DNA of 64,000 bases, from contig JBGCFM010000016.1 of NCBI GenBank assembly GCA_045106895.1, forward strand, positions 79,464-143,463. The letters are read 5' to 3'. A model generated the notes under the pieces. The model did no database searches and was not told the origin of the DNA. It worked only from the letters and a program-made list of their open reading frames with translations. The position numbers and the translations under genes were made by a program. Position 1 is the first letter of the stretch. The number at the start of each line of letters is the position of its first letter. Origin of the DNA: Polyangiales bacterium. Its GTDB lineage: Bacteria; Myxococcota_A; Polyangia; Polyangiales; Houyiibacteriaceae. Positions 28,386 to 38,031 of the stretch are shown one piece after another.

Positions 28386-29300
28386 TCAGGGGCTTGGTAG
28401 GGTCAGGGAGCCGCCTACGGCAAGCAGCGCACGGCCATCCCCGCGGCGCTTTGGATCGCGGGCAAGCCAAGACGCGCAGAGCTCGTCGAGGTCCGGTGCC
28501 ACCTCGGGACATAGCTCCGAGACGCGGGGCGCGTTCATGCTCTGCTTGCGCACGAGTACCTCAGGGCCGCCACCTTCGAAGGGCAGTCCGCCGCTAAGCG
28601 CCTGAAAGAGAACCACGCCCAGTGAGTACCAATCTGCGGCGGGAGTTAGACTTCGGAGTCCGAGTTCCGGGGCGAGGTAAGCAGCGGAGCCGATGAGGCC
28701 CTCGTCTGTTTGTGTCTGGTCCAGGTCGCTCGAGAGACCGAAGTCGAGAAGCACGCATTGCGCGCCTCGCACAAGAATGTTGTCCGGGGCGATGTCGAGG
28801 TGCAGTCGCCTCCGCGCGTGGATGTAGGTCAGTACGTCAACTAGCGTGTGCAACCAAGGGCGCAGCAGACGTTCCCCTTCCTCTCCGCAGTGCGCGAAGG
28901 AGTTCTCCCCGAGGTCGTTCATCTCGTAGCCAAAAGCCATCGGAAGGTTCTGGCGAAGTGTCTGGAGGCGCTCGGGTACCCACCGCCGGGTGCCATCGAC
29001 GATGTCGCTTCCTTCGAAGTAAGGCATGAGGAGCGCCGAGAAGGTGTCGCCCTGCAAATATTGCGTTGGCCGGACGATAGCGCCGTGGTTCAGCTCCCGC
29101 GTCGCGGTGAACTCGCGTTCGATGGCGGAGGCCTCACCGACCTTGAGAACAAGGCGTGCGTCGTCGTCGTGAACGACGACTACCTGGGATGTATCCGTCT
29201 GCCGTAGCCAGCGTTCGAACGTGAACGTGCGGGTTGCGAATCGCGCGGCGAGTTGTGCGTCACCACGCGCAAGATGGTCGTTACTTCTTGGTGGGTTCAC
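28386..29300 (-). CDS. Atypical Ser/Thr kinase
   Basis: VLK, HLDIAPDNIL, DFG, YLAPE, DWYSLG; no Gly-rich loop; GTG start proposed at 29300, overlapping the orn end. Confidence 0.8.
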   Translation of the reverse strand: MNPPRSNDHLARGDAQLAARFATRTFTFERWLRQTDTSQVVVVHDDDARLVLKVGEASAIEREFTATRELNHGAIVRPTQYLQGDTFSALLMPYFEGSDIVDGTRRWVPERLQTLRQNLPMAFGYEMNDLGENSFAHCGEEGERLLRPWLHTLVDVLTYIHARRRLHLDIAPDNILVRGAQCVLLDFGLSSDLDQTQTDEGLIGSAAYLAPELGLRSLTPAADWYSLGVVLFQALSGGLPFEGGGPEVLVRKQSMNAPRVSELCPEVAPDLDELCASWLARDPKRRGDGRALLAVGGSLTLPSP

Positions 29301-29832
29301 GGAAGAACGCGCTTCGGTAGTAGCGCAGCTCTGCGACGCTCTCACGGACGTCATCGAGAGCTCGATGTTGGCTTACTTTGGCGGGGCGCTTTCCGTATGA
29401 ACCCGGATACCAGCGCTTGCCGAGTTCTTTCACCGTGGAGACATCGATGTGGCGGTAGTGCAAGAACTCGTCGATCTGCGGCATGTAGAGCCGCAAAAAA
29501 CGCCGGTCCTGGTGAATCGAGTTTCCGCAGAGAGGGGCTGCGCCCGGCGCGCAGTGTTCTTTGAGGAACGCGAGGGTCTGACTCTCAGCCTCTTCGTTGC
29601 TGATCTCGCTTGAGAGCACGCGGGCGGTGAGGCCGGAGTCGCCGTGGTGTTTGGTGTTCCACTCGTCCATGCCGGCGAGGAGCTCTTCGGACTGGCGAAT
29701 GACCAGCTCTGGTCCTTCCGCGAGGATGTTGAGTTCGCCATCGGTGATGAGCGTCGCGATCTCGATGATGCGCTCTTTCTCCGGGTCGAGACCCGTCATC
29801 TCCATATCGATCCATACAAGTCGGTCAGCCAT
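29281..29832 (-). CDS. orn: Oligoribonuclease
   Basis: LVWIDMEMTGLDP, CGNSIHQDRRFL, HYRHIDVSTVKEL, HRALDD. Confidence 0.98.
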   Translation of the reverse strand: MADRLVWIDMEMTGLDPEKERIIEIATLITDGELNILAEGPELVIRQSEELLAGMDEWNTKHHGDSGLTARVLSSEISNEEAESQTLAFLKEHCAPGAAPLCGNSIHQDRRFLRLYMPQIDEFLHYRHIDVSTVKELGKRWYPGSYGKRPAKVSQHRALDDVRESVAELRYYRSAFFREPTKK

Positions 29833-29891
29833 GCCGGCGTGTTTAGCACCTTTCGGTGCTCTTGCGGATTTTCACAAGCGCATTGGTGTGC

Positions 29892-30731
29892 TTAGCGCTC
29901 GGGCTCGAACTGGCCGCAAAGCTCTACGGTCTCGCCAAATACCAGAGGCACCTGCCGCGCGGGGCCGTCGAGGGCGTAAACGCGGCTCAGGCCCTCGGGG
30001 TCGGAGAGGCGCACTGTCATACAAAAGTCGTCGCGGAAGGGGCCGAGGAGGACCCCGTCCGTGCAGCAGGACTGCCATACCCACTCGCACTCCGCCAAAC
30101 CTCGGGCGGCGTCAAAGACGCACTCTCGCGGTTCGTCACCGACAGCGACTGCTGCGGCGATTCCTTCGGTGATCTGAAAGGTGCCGTTCAGCGCGCCTCG
30201 GCTTCCATCACCAGGGAGGTCGGTGATCACTGCGACGTAGGCGCCGCAGCCCCCAGGCCCGGCCTGTACGGTGAGCACCGCCTCGTCGCTGACACGAATG
30301 TCCGGCGTTGGGTTAGCGCTCTCGGCGTCCGGGACGCCGTAGGAGTACCACTCAGGTCCGCACCCATTGCGCGCGGCGGCCTCGATGGGTGCGCCGTTGA
30401 GCGAGAAACAAAAGAGCCCGTCGTCGATGAAGCCGTCGCAGTCATCATCGATGCCGTTACACAGCTCTGCGACACAGACATCGGGCGTGTCGGGGCCCGC
30501 GTCGATGATCGGCGCGTCGAGGCCTGCATCCGATAGGAAGGCATCGACGCCGCTGTCGTCCTCTTGAACATCCGGGCCCGCATCGCGAAGCGGGCCCACA
30601 TCGATACGCGGCAGGTCGAGTCCAGCGTCGAACAAACCAGCATCGCCCTCACCGGACGCATCTTCGTAGAGTCCGGTGGACGCACCACAGCTCATCAGCG
30701 TCATTGCCCACGCTAGCTGAGCCGCTCGCAT
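29892..30731 (-). CDS. Lipoprotein with DAG-rich linker and MopE-like metal-binding motif
   Basis: TLMSC lipobox, DAG repeats, ELCNGIDDDCDGFIDDG. Confidence 0.7.
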   Translation of the reverse strand: MRAAQLAWAMTLMSCGASTGLYEDASGEGDAGLFDAGLDLPRIDVGPLRDAGPDVQEDDSGVDAFLSDAGLDAPIIDAGPDTPDVCVAELCNGIDDDCDGFIDDGLFCFSLNGAPIEAAARNGCGPEWYSYGVPDAESANPTPDIRVSDEAVLTVQAGPGGCGAYVAVITDLPGDGSRGALNGTFQITEGIAAAVAVGDEPRECVFDAARGLAECEWVWQSCCTDGVLLGPFRDDFCMTVRLSDPEGLSRVYALDGPARQVPLVFGETVELCGQFEPER

Positions 30732-30733
30732 CG

Positions 30734-31639
30734 CTACTCGACTTCCGCTTGAGGGTCGACGATCCACAGGTACGTCGCGGCCCGCGGGCTCGACTCGAGG
30801 ATTGCGTCGATGCGATCACTGTCGCCGATGTCGGCGGTCAGGACGATGCGGTAGGGCTCCGTGTCGGCACGCTCCGGGATCCCGAGGCCACCGCGCACGT
30901 GCATATCACCAGCGAGGACCACGAGTCGCGGAGGCGCGCTGTCTCCCTCAAGGGCGGTCTTGACGCTGCGCGCCATCGTCTCATCCCAGATGACTTGCGC
31001 CGTGTACATCGCTTCGAGGCGCTCCGCAGACATCTCCGCTCCATGTTCCCCAAGGGCTTCGGTGACCAGCGCCCGATGCTCCTCGTTGCTCAGGTCGAGT
31101 ACGGGAAGTTCGGCTTGTTGTTCTTCGCTGAGCCCGGCCAATCCTTCGCGACCCACGGTACGGGTGATCTCTTGTGGTGCGTTGAGGGCAAACGCTGGAA
31201 TGTGACGGGTGCGAACAAACTCAAGGATCGGCCGGTAGAGTCGAAAATCGAACCCCCAACGCTCGTCCCACTCTGTCTCGCGGCGAAGCGTGGTTTCATC
31301 GATGCGTCCGGCGCTCCAGTCGTCGATGACGTTTTGAAACGGAGTCTGAAACATCTCGAAGCCAACTGCGATGGTTGGATCGCGATGATAGAGCTCGCTG
31401 AAGATCCGGTGCTGCATGCTGTGGTCCGTCGCGCGATCATGCCGCTCGCCGAGATACACCACCCTGGCGGACGCGAGGTCCGAGATCATCGCATCTTCAC
31501 CGATGTCCTCGCCCGTCTCGACGCGAACGATGCGCACCGGCGCCATTCGGTGACGAACGATGTCTTCCGGCGTGACGGCCCTCGGCTGGTTTCCACAGGT
31601 CGACAAGGCGAAGATGAGCGCGAAGGAACATTTGAGCAT
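30734..31639 (-). CDS. ChaN/PhuW family (haem-binding) lipoprotein
   Basis: VYLGERHD, GFEMF, YRPI, AQVIWDETMA, LAGDMH. Confidence 0.85.
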   Translation of the reverse strand: MLKCSFALIFALSTCGNQPRAVTPEDIVRHRMAPVRIVRVETGEDIGEDAMISDLASARVVYLGERHDRATDHSMQHRIFSELYHRDPTIAVGFEMFQTPFQNVIDDWSAGRIDETTLRRETEWDERWGFDFRLYRPILEFVRTRHIPAFALNAPQEITRTVGREGLAGLSEEQQAELPVLDLSNEEHRALVTEALGEHGAEMSAERLEAMYTAQVIWDETMARSVKTALEGDSAPPRLVVLAGDMHVRGGLGIPERADTEPYRIVLTADIGDSDRIDAILESSPRAATYLWIVDPQAEVE

Positions 31640-31700
31640 CGGATAGGCCTAGTCGGTCTGTGTTCTGGGAGCGCTTAGGGCGCGGCGTACGAATGCAGGA

Positions 31701-33572
31701 TCAGTCGAACTGTCCGCGCTTGTCGAGTTCACTCACGATAAACTCGACGGCCTCGTCGAGGCGGACGGAGTCGAGAGCGACGGTCAGGTCCGCTGTCTCA
31801 GGCGGCTCGAAACCGCTGAAGTCAGCGTCTGGACGTCGCTTCTCGCAAAGCTCGCGGTCGGTGTTCACGTAGACCTGGATGACCCGCTCATGTCCGATGC
31901 GCTGACGCAGAAGCTCGCGGTCTTCCTTTTGGTAGCTCTGAAATGCGCAGATGCACACGAGGCCGGCTTCCGTTGCCGCCTTCGCCGCGCTGACCATCGA
32001 GCGGAGGTCTTCGTCGCTGGGGTCGACCACAGTGGCGGTTCGTCCGAGGTCAAAGAGGCGTCGCTCGAGGGCGTAGGCGAGCGGCCATCGTCCGCTGCCG
32101 GGGAGCCCCGTGAGCCACACTGTGGCGCCGCGCTGTCCCATGCGCTTGTTGCGTTCCGTCGGACTGACTTGAGTCTTTGGCGTCAGGCCGCTCCCGGCGG
32201 TGAGCTCGGCGAGGACATCGTCGATGCCTTGAGCGCCTTCTTCGCCGATGATCATTCCGGCGGCGGCGGTCGCGTTGCTTAGGGAGTCGACGAGAATGAA
32301 CGCACCCGTCGCGCGGTTCTGTTCATAGGCGTCCACGTAGAGTGCGCGATGTGTCGAGAAACGCACTCGGCCGATATCGTTCAGGGAGAGGGTCTCCGCT
32401 TCGACATCGTCGAGGCGTTCCATCTCTTTCTTCCAGACCACTTCGTCCACCTGAGCTCGCACCTCTTGAGTGGAGTGTTTGATGATGTAGGTCTTGGCGG
32501 GGTCGAGATCTTGTTCTGCCATCCACACGACGTGCGCGTCGAAGGAGCGGGTCACGCGGGGGAGGTCGTTCGTATGCACGAGCATGTCGCCGCGACTGAC
32601 GTCCACTTCGTCCGTTAGACGAACGACGACGGACTGCGGGGTGAACGCTTCCTCGAGGGAGCCGTCGTACGTGTCGATGCTGCGGACGTGGCTCTTCTTG
32701 CCACTCGGAAGCACCATGACTTCGTCGCCCTTGCGCAGTGTCCCACTGGCGACCTCGCCGGCGAAACCGCGGTAGTCGAGGTTGGGACGAATGACCATCT
32801 GCACGGGAAGACGGAAGTTCTCGTGGTTGCGGTCGTCGGCGATGGGCACGGTCTCAAGAAACTCAAGAACGTTCGGCCCTTCGTACCAGGTCGTCTTCTC
32901 AGACGATTTGACGATGTTCACACCCTTGAGCGCGGAGACCGGGAAGAACGTGACGTCGCGGAAGCTCAGCGGCGCAGCGAACTCTTGAAACTCTTTGACG
33001 ATGCGATTGAAGACGGCCTGGTCGTAACCGACGAGGTCCATCTTGTTTACGCAGACAGCGAGATGAGGAATACCGAGCAAGCTCGCAATATAGCCATGTC
33101 GTCGCGACTGGGGGAGCACGCCAAGGCGCGCGTCGATGAGGATGATCGCGACGTTCGCCGTCGACGCACCCGTGACCATGTTGCGTGTGTACTGAACGTG
33201 TCCGGGGGTGTCCGCGATGATGAACTTCCGCTTCTCCGTGGAGAAGTATCGGTAAGCCACGTCGATGGTGATTCCCTGTTCGCGTTCCGCCCGGAGGCCA
33301 TCCGTGAAGAGAGAAAAGTCGATCTCTTCGCCTTCGATGTTCGTCGCCTGCTTTACAGCGGCGAGCTGGTCTTCGTAGACCTCGCCGGTGTCATGAAGGA
33401 GACGCCCGATAAGGGTAGACTTGCCGTCGTCGACGCTTCCTACCGCGACAAATCGCAGGAGCTCTTTGTTCTGGTAGCGCTCAAGGTAGCCGTCGATGTC
33501 ATCGCGGAGAAGCGACGCTTCGAGCTCTTTTTCCTCGGCCGATCGAGCGGCTGTTTTGTCCGTGCCAGACAT
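31701..33572 (-). CDS. cysN: Sulfate adenylyltransferase large subunit fused to a degenerate APS-kinase domain
   Basis: GSVDDGKST, EREQGITIDVAY, DTPGH, NKMD; C-terminal GATVWLTGLPGSG; start at MSGTDK right after the cysD stop. Confidence 0.95.
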   Translation of the reverse strand: MSGTDKTAARSAEEKELEASLLRDDIDGYLERYQNKELLRFVAVGSVDDGKSTLIGRLLHDTGEVYEDQLAAVKQATNIEGEEIDFSLFTDGLRAEREQGITIDVAYRYFSTEKRKFIIADTPGHVQYTRNMVTGASTANVAIILIDARLGVLPQSRRHGYIASLLGIPHLAVCVNKMDLVGYDQAVFNRIVKEFQEFAAPLSFRDVTFFPVSALKGVNIVKSSEKTTWYEGPNVLEFLETVPIADDRNHENFRLPVQMVIRPNLDYRGFAGEVASGTLRKGDEVMVLPSGKKSHVRSIDTYDGSLEEAFTPQSVVVRLTDEVDVSRGDMLVHTNDLPRVTRSFDAHVVWMAEQDLDPAKTYIIKHSTQEVRAQVDEVVWKKEMERLDDVEAETLSLNDIGRVRFSTHRALYVDAYEQNRATGAFILVDSLSNATAAAGMIIGEEGAQGIDDVLAELTAGSGLTPKTQVSPTERNKRMGQRGATVWLTGLPGSGRWPLAYALERRLFDLGRTATVVDPSDEDLRSMVSAAKAATEAGLVCICAFQSYQKEDRELLRQRIGHERVIQVYVNTDRELCEKRRPDADFSGFEPPETADLTVALDSVRLDEAVEFIVSELDKRGQFD

Positions 33573-33573
33573 C

Positions 33574-34488
33574 TTAGAAGTACCCTTCGCGCTTTTTACG
33601 TTCCATCGAACCATCTTCGTCGAAGTCGATGAGCCTGCCCTGGCGTTCTGAGAAGCGGTTGAGCAGCATTTCTTGAATGACCTTTGGCAAAGTGTCGGCT
33701 TCGGACTCGACGGCGCCGCTCAAGGGGTAACAACCCAGAGTTCGGAAACGAACGCTCTTCATCTGCGGCGTCTCGCCTTCGCGAAGTGGCATTCGCTCGT
33801 CGTCGACCATGATCCATGTTCCTTCGCGTTCTACGACGGGGCGCTTCTTCGCCAGGTAGAGTGGAACGACGGGGATCTCGTCTTTGAGGATGTAGAGCCA
33901 AACGTCGAGTTCGGTCCAGTTGCTAATTGGAAAGACTCGAACGCTCTCACCCTTGGTGATCTTGCCGTTGTAGAGATTCCAGAGTTCGGGACGCTGGTTC
34001 TTCGGGTCCCAGGAATGATGGTCGTCGCGGAAGGAGTAGATGCGTTCCTTCGCGCGGCTCTTCTCTTCGTCTCGACGCGCACCGCCGAAGGCGCAGTCAA
34101 AGGCGTAGCGGTTGAGGCCACTCTTCAGCGCGACGGTCTTCATCGTCGTCGTGTATTTGTTTGACCCGTGCGTGAAGGGGGTGATGTTCTGGGCCACGCC
34201 TTCTTGGTTTGTTTCGACGCGCAGATCCAAGCCGAGATCGCGTTTGGTCTTCTCGCGAAACTCGATCATTTCCTTGAACTTCCACGTCGTGTCGACGTGC
34301 ATCAGAGGAAACGGGATGGGGCCCGGCGCAAACGCCTTTTGGGCGAGTCGCAATAGAACCGAGGAGTCTTTGCCGATGCTGTAGAGCATCACTGGGCGGT
34401 CGAACTCGGCGGCAGCTTCGCGGAAGATGTGAATACTCTCCGCTTCTAGCTGCTTCAGATGTGAGAGTGTCTTTGCGTCGATCTGCAT
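33574..34488 (-). CDS. cysD: Sulfate adenylyltransferase small subunit
   Basis: [40 protein letters not shown]. Confidence 0.98.
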   Translation of the reverse strand: MQIDAKTLSHLKQLEAESIHIFREAAAEFDRPVMLYSIGKDSSVLLRLAQKAFAPGPIPFPLMHVDTTWKFKEMIEFREKTKRDLGLDLRVETNQEGVAQNITPFTHGSNKYTTTMKTVALKSGLNRYAFDCAFGGARRDEEKSRAKERIYSFRDDHHSWDPKNQRPELWNLYNGKITKGESVRVFPISNWTELDVWLYILKDEIPVVPLYLAKKRPVVEREGTWIMVDDERMPLREGETPQMKSVRFRTLGCYPLSGAVESEADTLPKVIQEMLLNRFSERQGRLIDFDEDGSMERKKREGYF

Positions 34489-34585
34489 AGAGATAGCCCG
34501 CCTCATAGCCCGCGCCGCGCACTCCGGCTAGGGTTTGCCGGCAGAAATCGACGAGATAGGCGGTGATCGCGAGATCGAAGGAGCG

Positions 34586-35167
34586 CTACTGGACGCGTGT
34601 GCGGACGCGCATCGTCCAGTCGTTGCCTCTGAAGCGCTGGTGGAGTCGCGACTCCCGGACGCTTTCTTCGTGCGGCGCGGCCTCCACCCAGAGGCATGCG
34701 CCGACCCATTTGTCCCAGGCACAACTTGCGCTGAAAGCACCTCGCTGGTTTTCAACATCGACGGGGCTCGGGGAGATCGCGTCCTCCGCGGCGTCTGCTT
34801 CGGCGAAGGTCACGCGGACCCGGGGGTCTTCATCGAGGCGCCAGAGTTGAAGTGAATCGGGGCTCTTGAGCGCCGCTTCGACGCGGGCGATGTCGTCTCC
34901 GCTGTCTTCTTCCATGCCGATCAGGAGCGTGGCGAGGTGTCCGTCCGCTGGAATCTCATGCTGCCAGGGCGCGTGCGTCCACGGCATGGGCTCTGCGCTC
35001 TCCGCCGTCACTTTGAATTCGAGCCGTTCGGATCGAAGCAGGCGAGGCCCGCCTTCGCCGACGCCGTAGATCGCGATAAGAATCACAGGTTCTGGCAGGC
35101 CACGAAATATCCCGTCGTGGGCCTTCGTGAGCTCCAAGCTCTCTACGCGAAAGGTGCAGGTTGCCAT
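34586..35167 (-). CDS. Hypothetical protein (beta-rich, possibly C2-like)
   Basis: Protein-like ORF filling the gap; start placed at MATCTFRV. Confidence 0.5.
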   Translation of the reverse strand: MATCTFRVESLELTKAHDGIFRGLPEPVILIAIYGVGEGGPRLLRSERLEFKVTAESAEPMPWTHAPWQHEIPADGHLATLLIGMEEDSGDDIARVEAALKSPDSLQLWRLDEDPRVRVTFAEADAAEDAISPSPVDVENQRGAFSASCAWDKWVGACLWVEAAPHEESVRESRLHQRFRGNDWTMRVRTRVQ

Positions 35168-35210
35168 CTGTCGAGTAGTAGCAGGTCCGCGAAAATGTCC
35201 GCAACGTGCG

Positions 35211-37211
35211 TTACGGAGCTGCCAGCATCGCAGCCGGATCGAGAACATCTTCGGCGCGTCCCGCGCGTACCTGCCTTACGAGTGCATGAAAATCGATGCG
35301 TTCGAAGCCGCCGGTGCGGAAGAGGCTCAGGACTTCGTCGACGTTTGAACGCGTCGCGGGCCGCATCGGGCTCGAGAGCTGAAAGGGGTCCGTACGCTCG
35401 ACCCCAGCCTCCGCGAGGATGATGGCGAACCCCGCTTCCATGAAGTGACCTCCAAAAGAGACGTGGAGCGTGCCTTCTTGAATCGCGAGCAGACCATCCC
35501 GGGTCCAGTCCACCCCGCCAATGAGGACGTCGCTGCCTGGCTCGCGGCCGGCCTGAACCGTTCCTTGAATGGCTCCGAGGGCCATCGTGTCCGTCGCGCA
35601 CCAAATGACAACGGGCTGACTCGCGTCCAGCAACGAACCTTGGAGCGCCTGACGAACTCCGTCACGAGCCTCGCTTTGGTTGGCGAACCCGGACACAACG
35701 CGGGCGGCAATGTCGAAGTCATCATGTTCCGAGAGAGCACGCTCGAGACCCCGGCGTCGACTGTCCGTTGCAAATTCGCCCTCGGTACCTTGAACGGCGA
35801 CGACTTGAATTCGTTCGGCCCCGGGCGCCGATTCACGAAGGGCGTCGACCAGTGAGCGCGCGAGTTCATAGCCGGTCGCTTCATCGTTTGGCCGAAGTGC
35901 TGCGACGGCGCTTCGCGGCACGCCGTTGTCGAAGTGAGTGTTGATGGCGAAGAAGGGGGTCTCCTGTTCTGCCGCTACATTCTCGATGTCTTGGCCGTGG
36001 CCGATGAAGTCCTGGCTGATGATCCCGAGCGGACTGGATTCGACGGCTTGGCGCGCTTGCCGAATCATCGTTTCGCCATCGTTGTGAGCATCGTAGACGA
36101 CGAGTCGTTTTCCTAGGCCGACGGCGGCGGCACTCGCGAACTCCGCGCTCGATGTCCAGAAGGTATCCGTTCTTGGTGTGAGAAGAACGAAGGTCTCGCC
36201 CTCGCCCGTATCCATGACGGGCGCGTCCTGTGGTCCGGCCGGGCGGAACATCGTGGCGGCAAATGCGAAAGCAACGATGAGCGCGGTGAGGACGCCGACC
36301 ATGAGCCATCGGCGGCTCTTCGGACGTTCGGCGGGCGCTCGGAGAGTTTGGAGTTCTTCCACGAGGGCGCCCATGTTTGGGAAGCGTGCGTTGGGGTCAC
36401 GTTGGAGACAGCGCCGAACAAGAGCTGCGAGGGCGGGATCGAAAGTGTCGAGCCCTGGAGTTGGTATCTCCGGGCGCTGAAGCCACTCCATCATATCGCT
36501 GAGCGAGACCTTTTTGCCCAGAGGGTGCTTGCCCGTCAGCATCTCGGTCATGAGCAAGCCTAAACTGTAGATGTCTGAGCGTTGGTCGACGTCGTCGTGC
36601 TGGAACTGCTCCGGCGACATGTAGCGTGGCGAGCCCAAGACCTCGTTGTCGCTCGTCGCGTTGTCGGTGTTTCCCAAGAGCTTCGCGACGCCAAAATCCA
36701 GGACACGGGCGTTGCCGCCAGCCCCTTGATCTTCGATCATGACGTTCGAGGGTTTTAGGTCGCGGTGGATGATGCCCAGCTCATGCGCTTCTTGAAGGGC
36801 GCCTGCGACATCCTCGACGATGTCGAGAACCACCGGGACGGGGAGGGCGCCGTCTTCCTTGAGGCGTTGCTTGAGCGTCGCCCCAACGACAAGCTCCATC
36901 GCGATGTACCAATAGTCTCTATCTTCGTGCTCGAAGCAGCCGGCGGCGAAGGCCGAGACGGCGTTACGATGCTTGAGCCGTCCGAGGTTTCGCGCTTCGA
37001 GGAGGAAGCGTGCGCGGTCACGGTCGCGCGTTGGCCGCATGAGTTTTAGCGCGACATCGCGCTCGAGTCCTGACTGGTGTGCGAGGAAAACCTGGGCCAT
37101 GCCCCCTTGGCCGATGAGGGAGCGAATCGTGAGTCCGTCGTCGATGACCAGACCTTCAGGCACGAGCGGCGGCTCGGCCCGTTTCGGGTCGTCGGTCGTA
37201 GCTGCCCCCAT
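35211..37211 (-). CDS. Ser/Thr kinase + TM + periplasmic sugar-binding (type I PBP) domain
   Basis: IGQGGMAQV, HRDLKPSN, DFG, YMSPEQ; TM WLMVGVLTALIVAFAFAA; FW..., DTMALGA, IGGVDW, SFGGHF. Confidence 0.88.
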   Translation of the reverse strand: MGAATTDDPKRAEPPLVPEGLVIDDGLTIRSLIGQGGMAQVFLAHQSGLERDVALKLMRPTRDRDRARFLLEARNLGRLKHRNAVSAFAAGCFEHEDRDYWYIAMELVVGATLKQRLKEDGALPVPVVLDIVEDVAGALQEAHELGIIHRDLKPSNVMIEDQGAGGNARVLDFGVAKLLGNTDNATSDNEVLGSPRYMSPEQFQHDDVDQRSDIYSLGLLMTEMLTGKHPLGKKVSLSDMMEWLQRPEIPTPGLDTFDPALAALVRRCLQRDPNARFPNMGALVEELQTLRAPAERPKSRRWLMVGVLTALIVAFAFAATMFRPAGPQDAPVMDTGEGETFVLLTPRTDTFWTSSAEFASAAAVGLGKRLVVYDAHNDGETMIRQARQAVESSPLGIISQDFIGHGQDIENVAAEQETPFFAINTHFDNGVPRSAVAALRPNDEATGYELARSLVDALRESAPGAERIQVVAVQGTEGEFATDSRRRGLERALSEHDDFDIAARVVSGFANQSEARDGVRQALQGSLLDASQPVVIWCATDTMALGAIQGTVQAGREPGSDVLIGGVDWTRDGLLAIQEGTLHVSFGGHFMEAGFAIILAEAGVERTDPFQLSSPMRPATRSNVDEVLSLFRTGGFERIDFHALVRQVRAGRAEDVLDPAAMLAAP

Positions 37212-37296
37212 TTGCATAGACTACGGCCTCAGCCCTCCGCCAATCAAGAGCGCGACCTTGCGCCGCGTCGCTTTCGACTGAAGGGTATTTGTGCAC

Positions 37297-37953
37297 ATGG
37301 CGATCTTCGAATCATTGCTCGGGTCCTATGACGGGGTCGTGGTCCGGGAGATGGACCCCGTCGACGCACCCGATCTCAGCGTGCTTCACCCCGAAGAAGC
37401 CGCGCTCATGAAGCGTGCTGTCGAGAAACGTCGCAAGGAGTTTTGCGCTGGACGTGTTCTCGCGCGGGAGGCCTTGGAATCACTCGGTTTTGCCCCGGCG
37501 CCGCTTCTTCGCGGAGACGACCGCGCGCCCATCTGGCCAAGCGGCGCCGTCGGCAGCATCACCCACACACAGGGACACTGTGCCGCAGTCGTGGCACGTT
37601 CCGGTCGTATTCGGGCAGTCGGGGTCGACGTCGAACAGGCCACCTCGCTCAAGCAAGGCGTCTACGAAGCGATCACCACGGAACGCGAGCGGCGAGAGCT
37701 TGAAGGCGATGATGCTCTGCGGCTCGGGAAGGTCATCTTCTCCGCCAAGGAGTGCGCGTACAAAGCTCAGTACGCCCTCACGCAGAAGTATCTTCCGTTC
37801 TCAGCGATGTCCGTCGCCATCGACGCCGGCGGGACGTGGAAGGCGACGTTCAATGTGCCTGCCGGCGATTTTCGACCAGGAGACATCATTGAGGGGCGCT
37901 TCGCATACGTCGGAGCGTTCGTCGCGACGGCGACGGTCCTCGTTGGCCCTTAG
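37297..37953 (+). CDS. 4'-phosphopantetheinyl transferase (EntD/Sfp type)
   Basis: KRRKEFCAGR, APIWP, GSITHT, GVDVE, FSAKE. Confidence 0.92.
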   Translation: MAIFESLLGSYDGVVVREMDPVDAPDLSVLHPEEAALMKRAVEKRRKEFCAGRVLAREALESLGFAPAPLLRGDDRAPIWPSGAVGSITHTQGHCAAVVARSGRIRAVGVDVEQATSLKQGVYEAITTERERRELEGDDALRLGKVIFSAKECAYKAQYALTQKYLPFSAMSVAIDAGGTWKATFNVPAGDFRPGDIIEGRFAYVGAFVATATVLVGP

Positions 37954-38031
37954 TGCGCCGAACTCGGCGGCAAACAGAAAAGGCCGAGCCGTGCGAAGCA
38001 CGACCCGACCTGTTCAGTTCGCGATACGACT

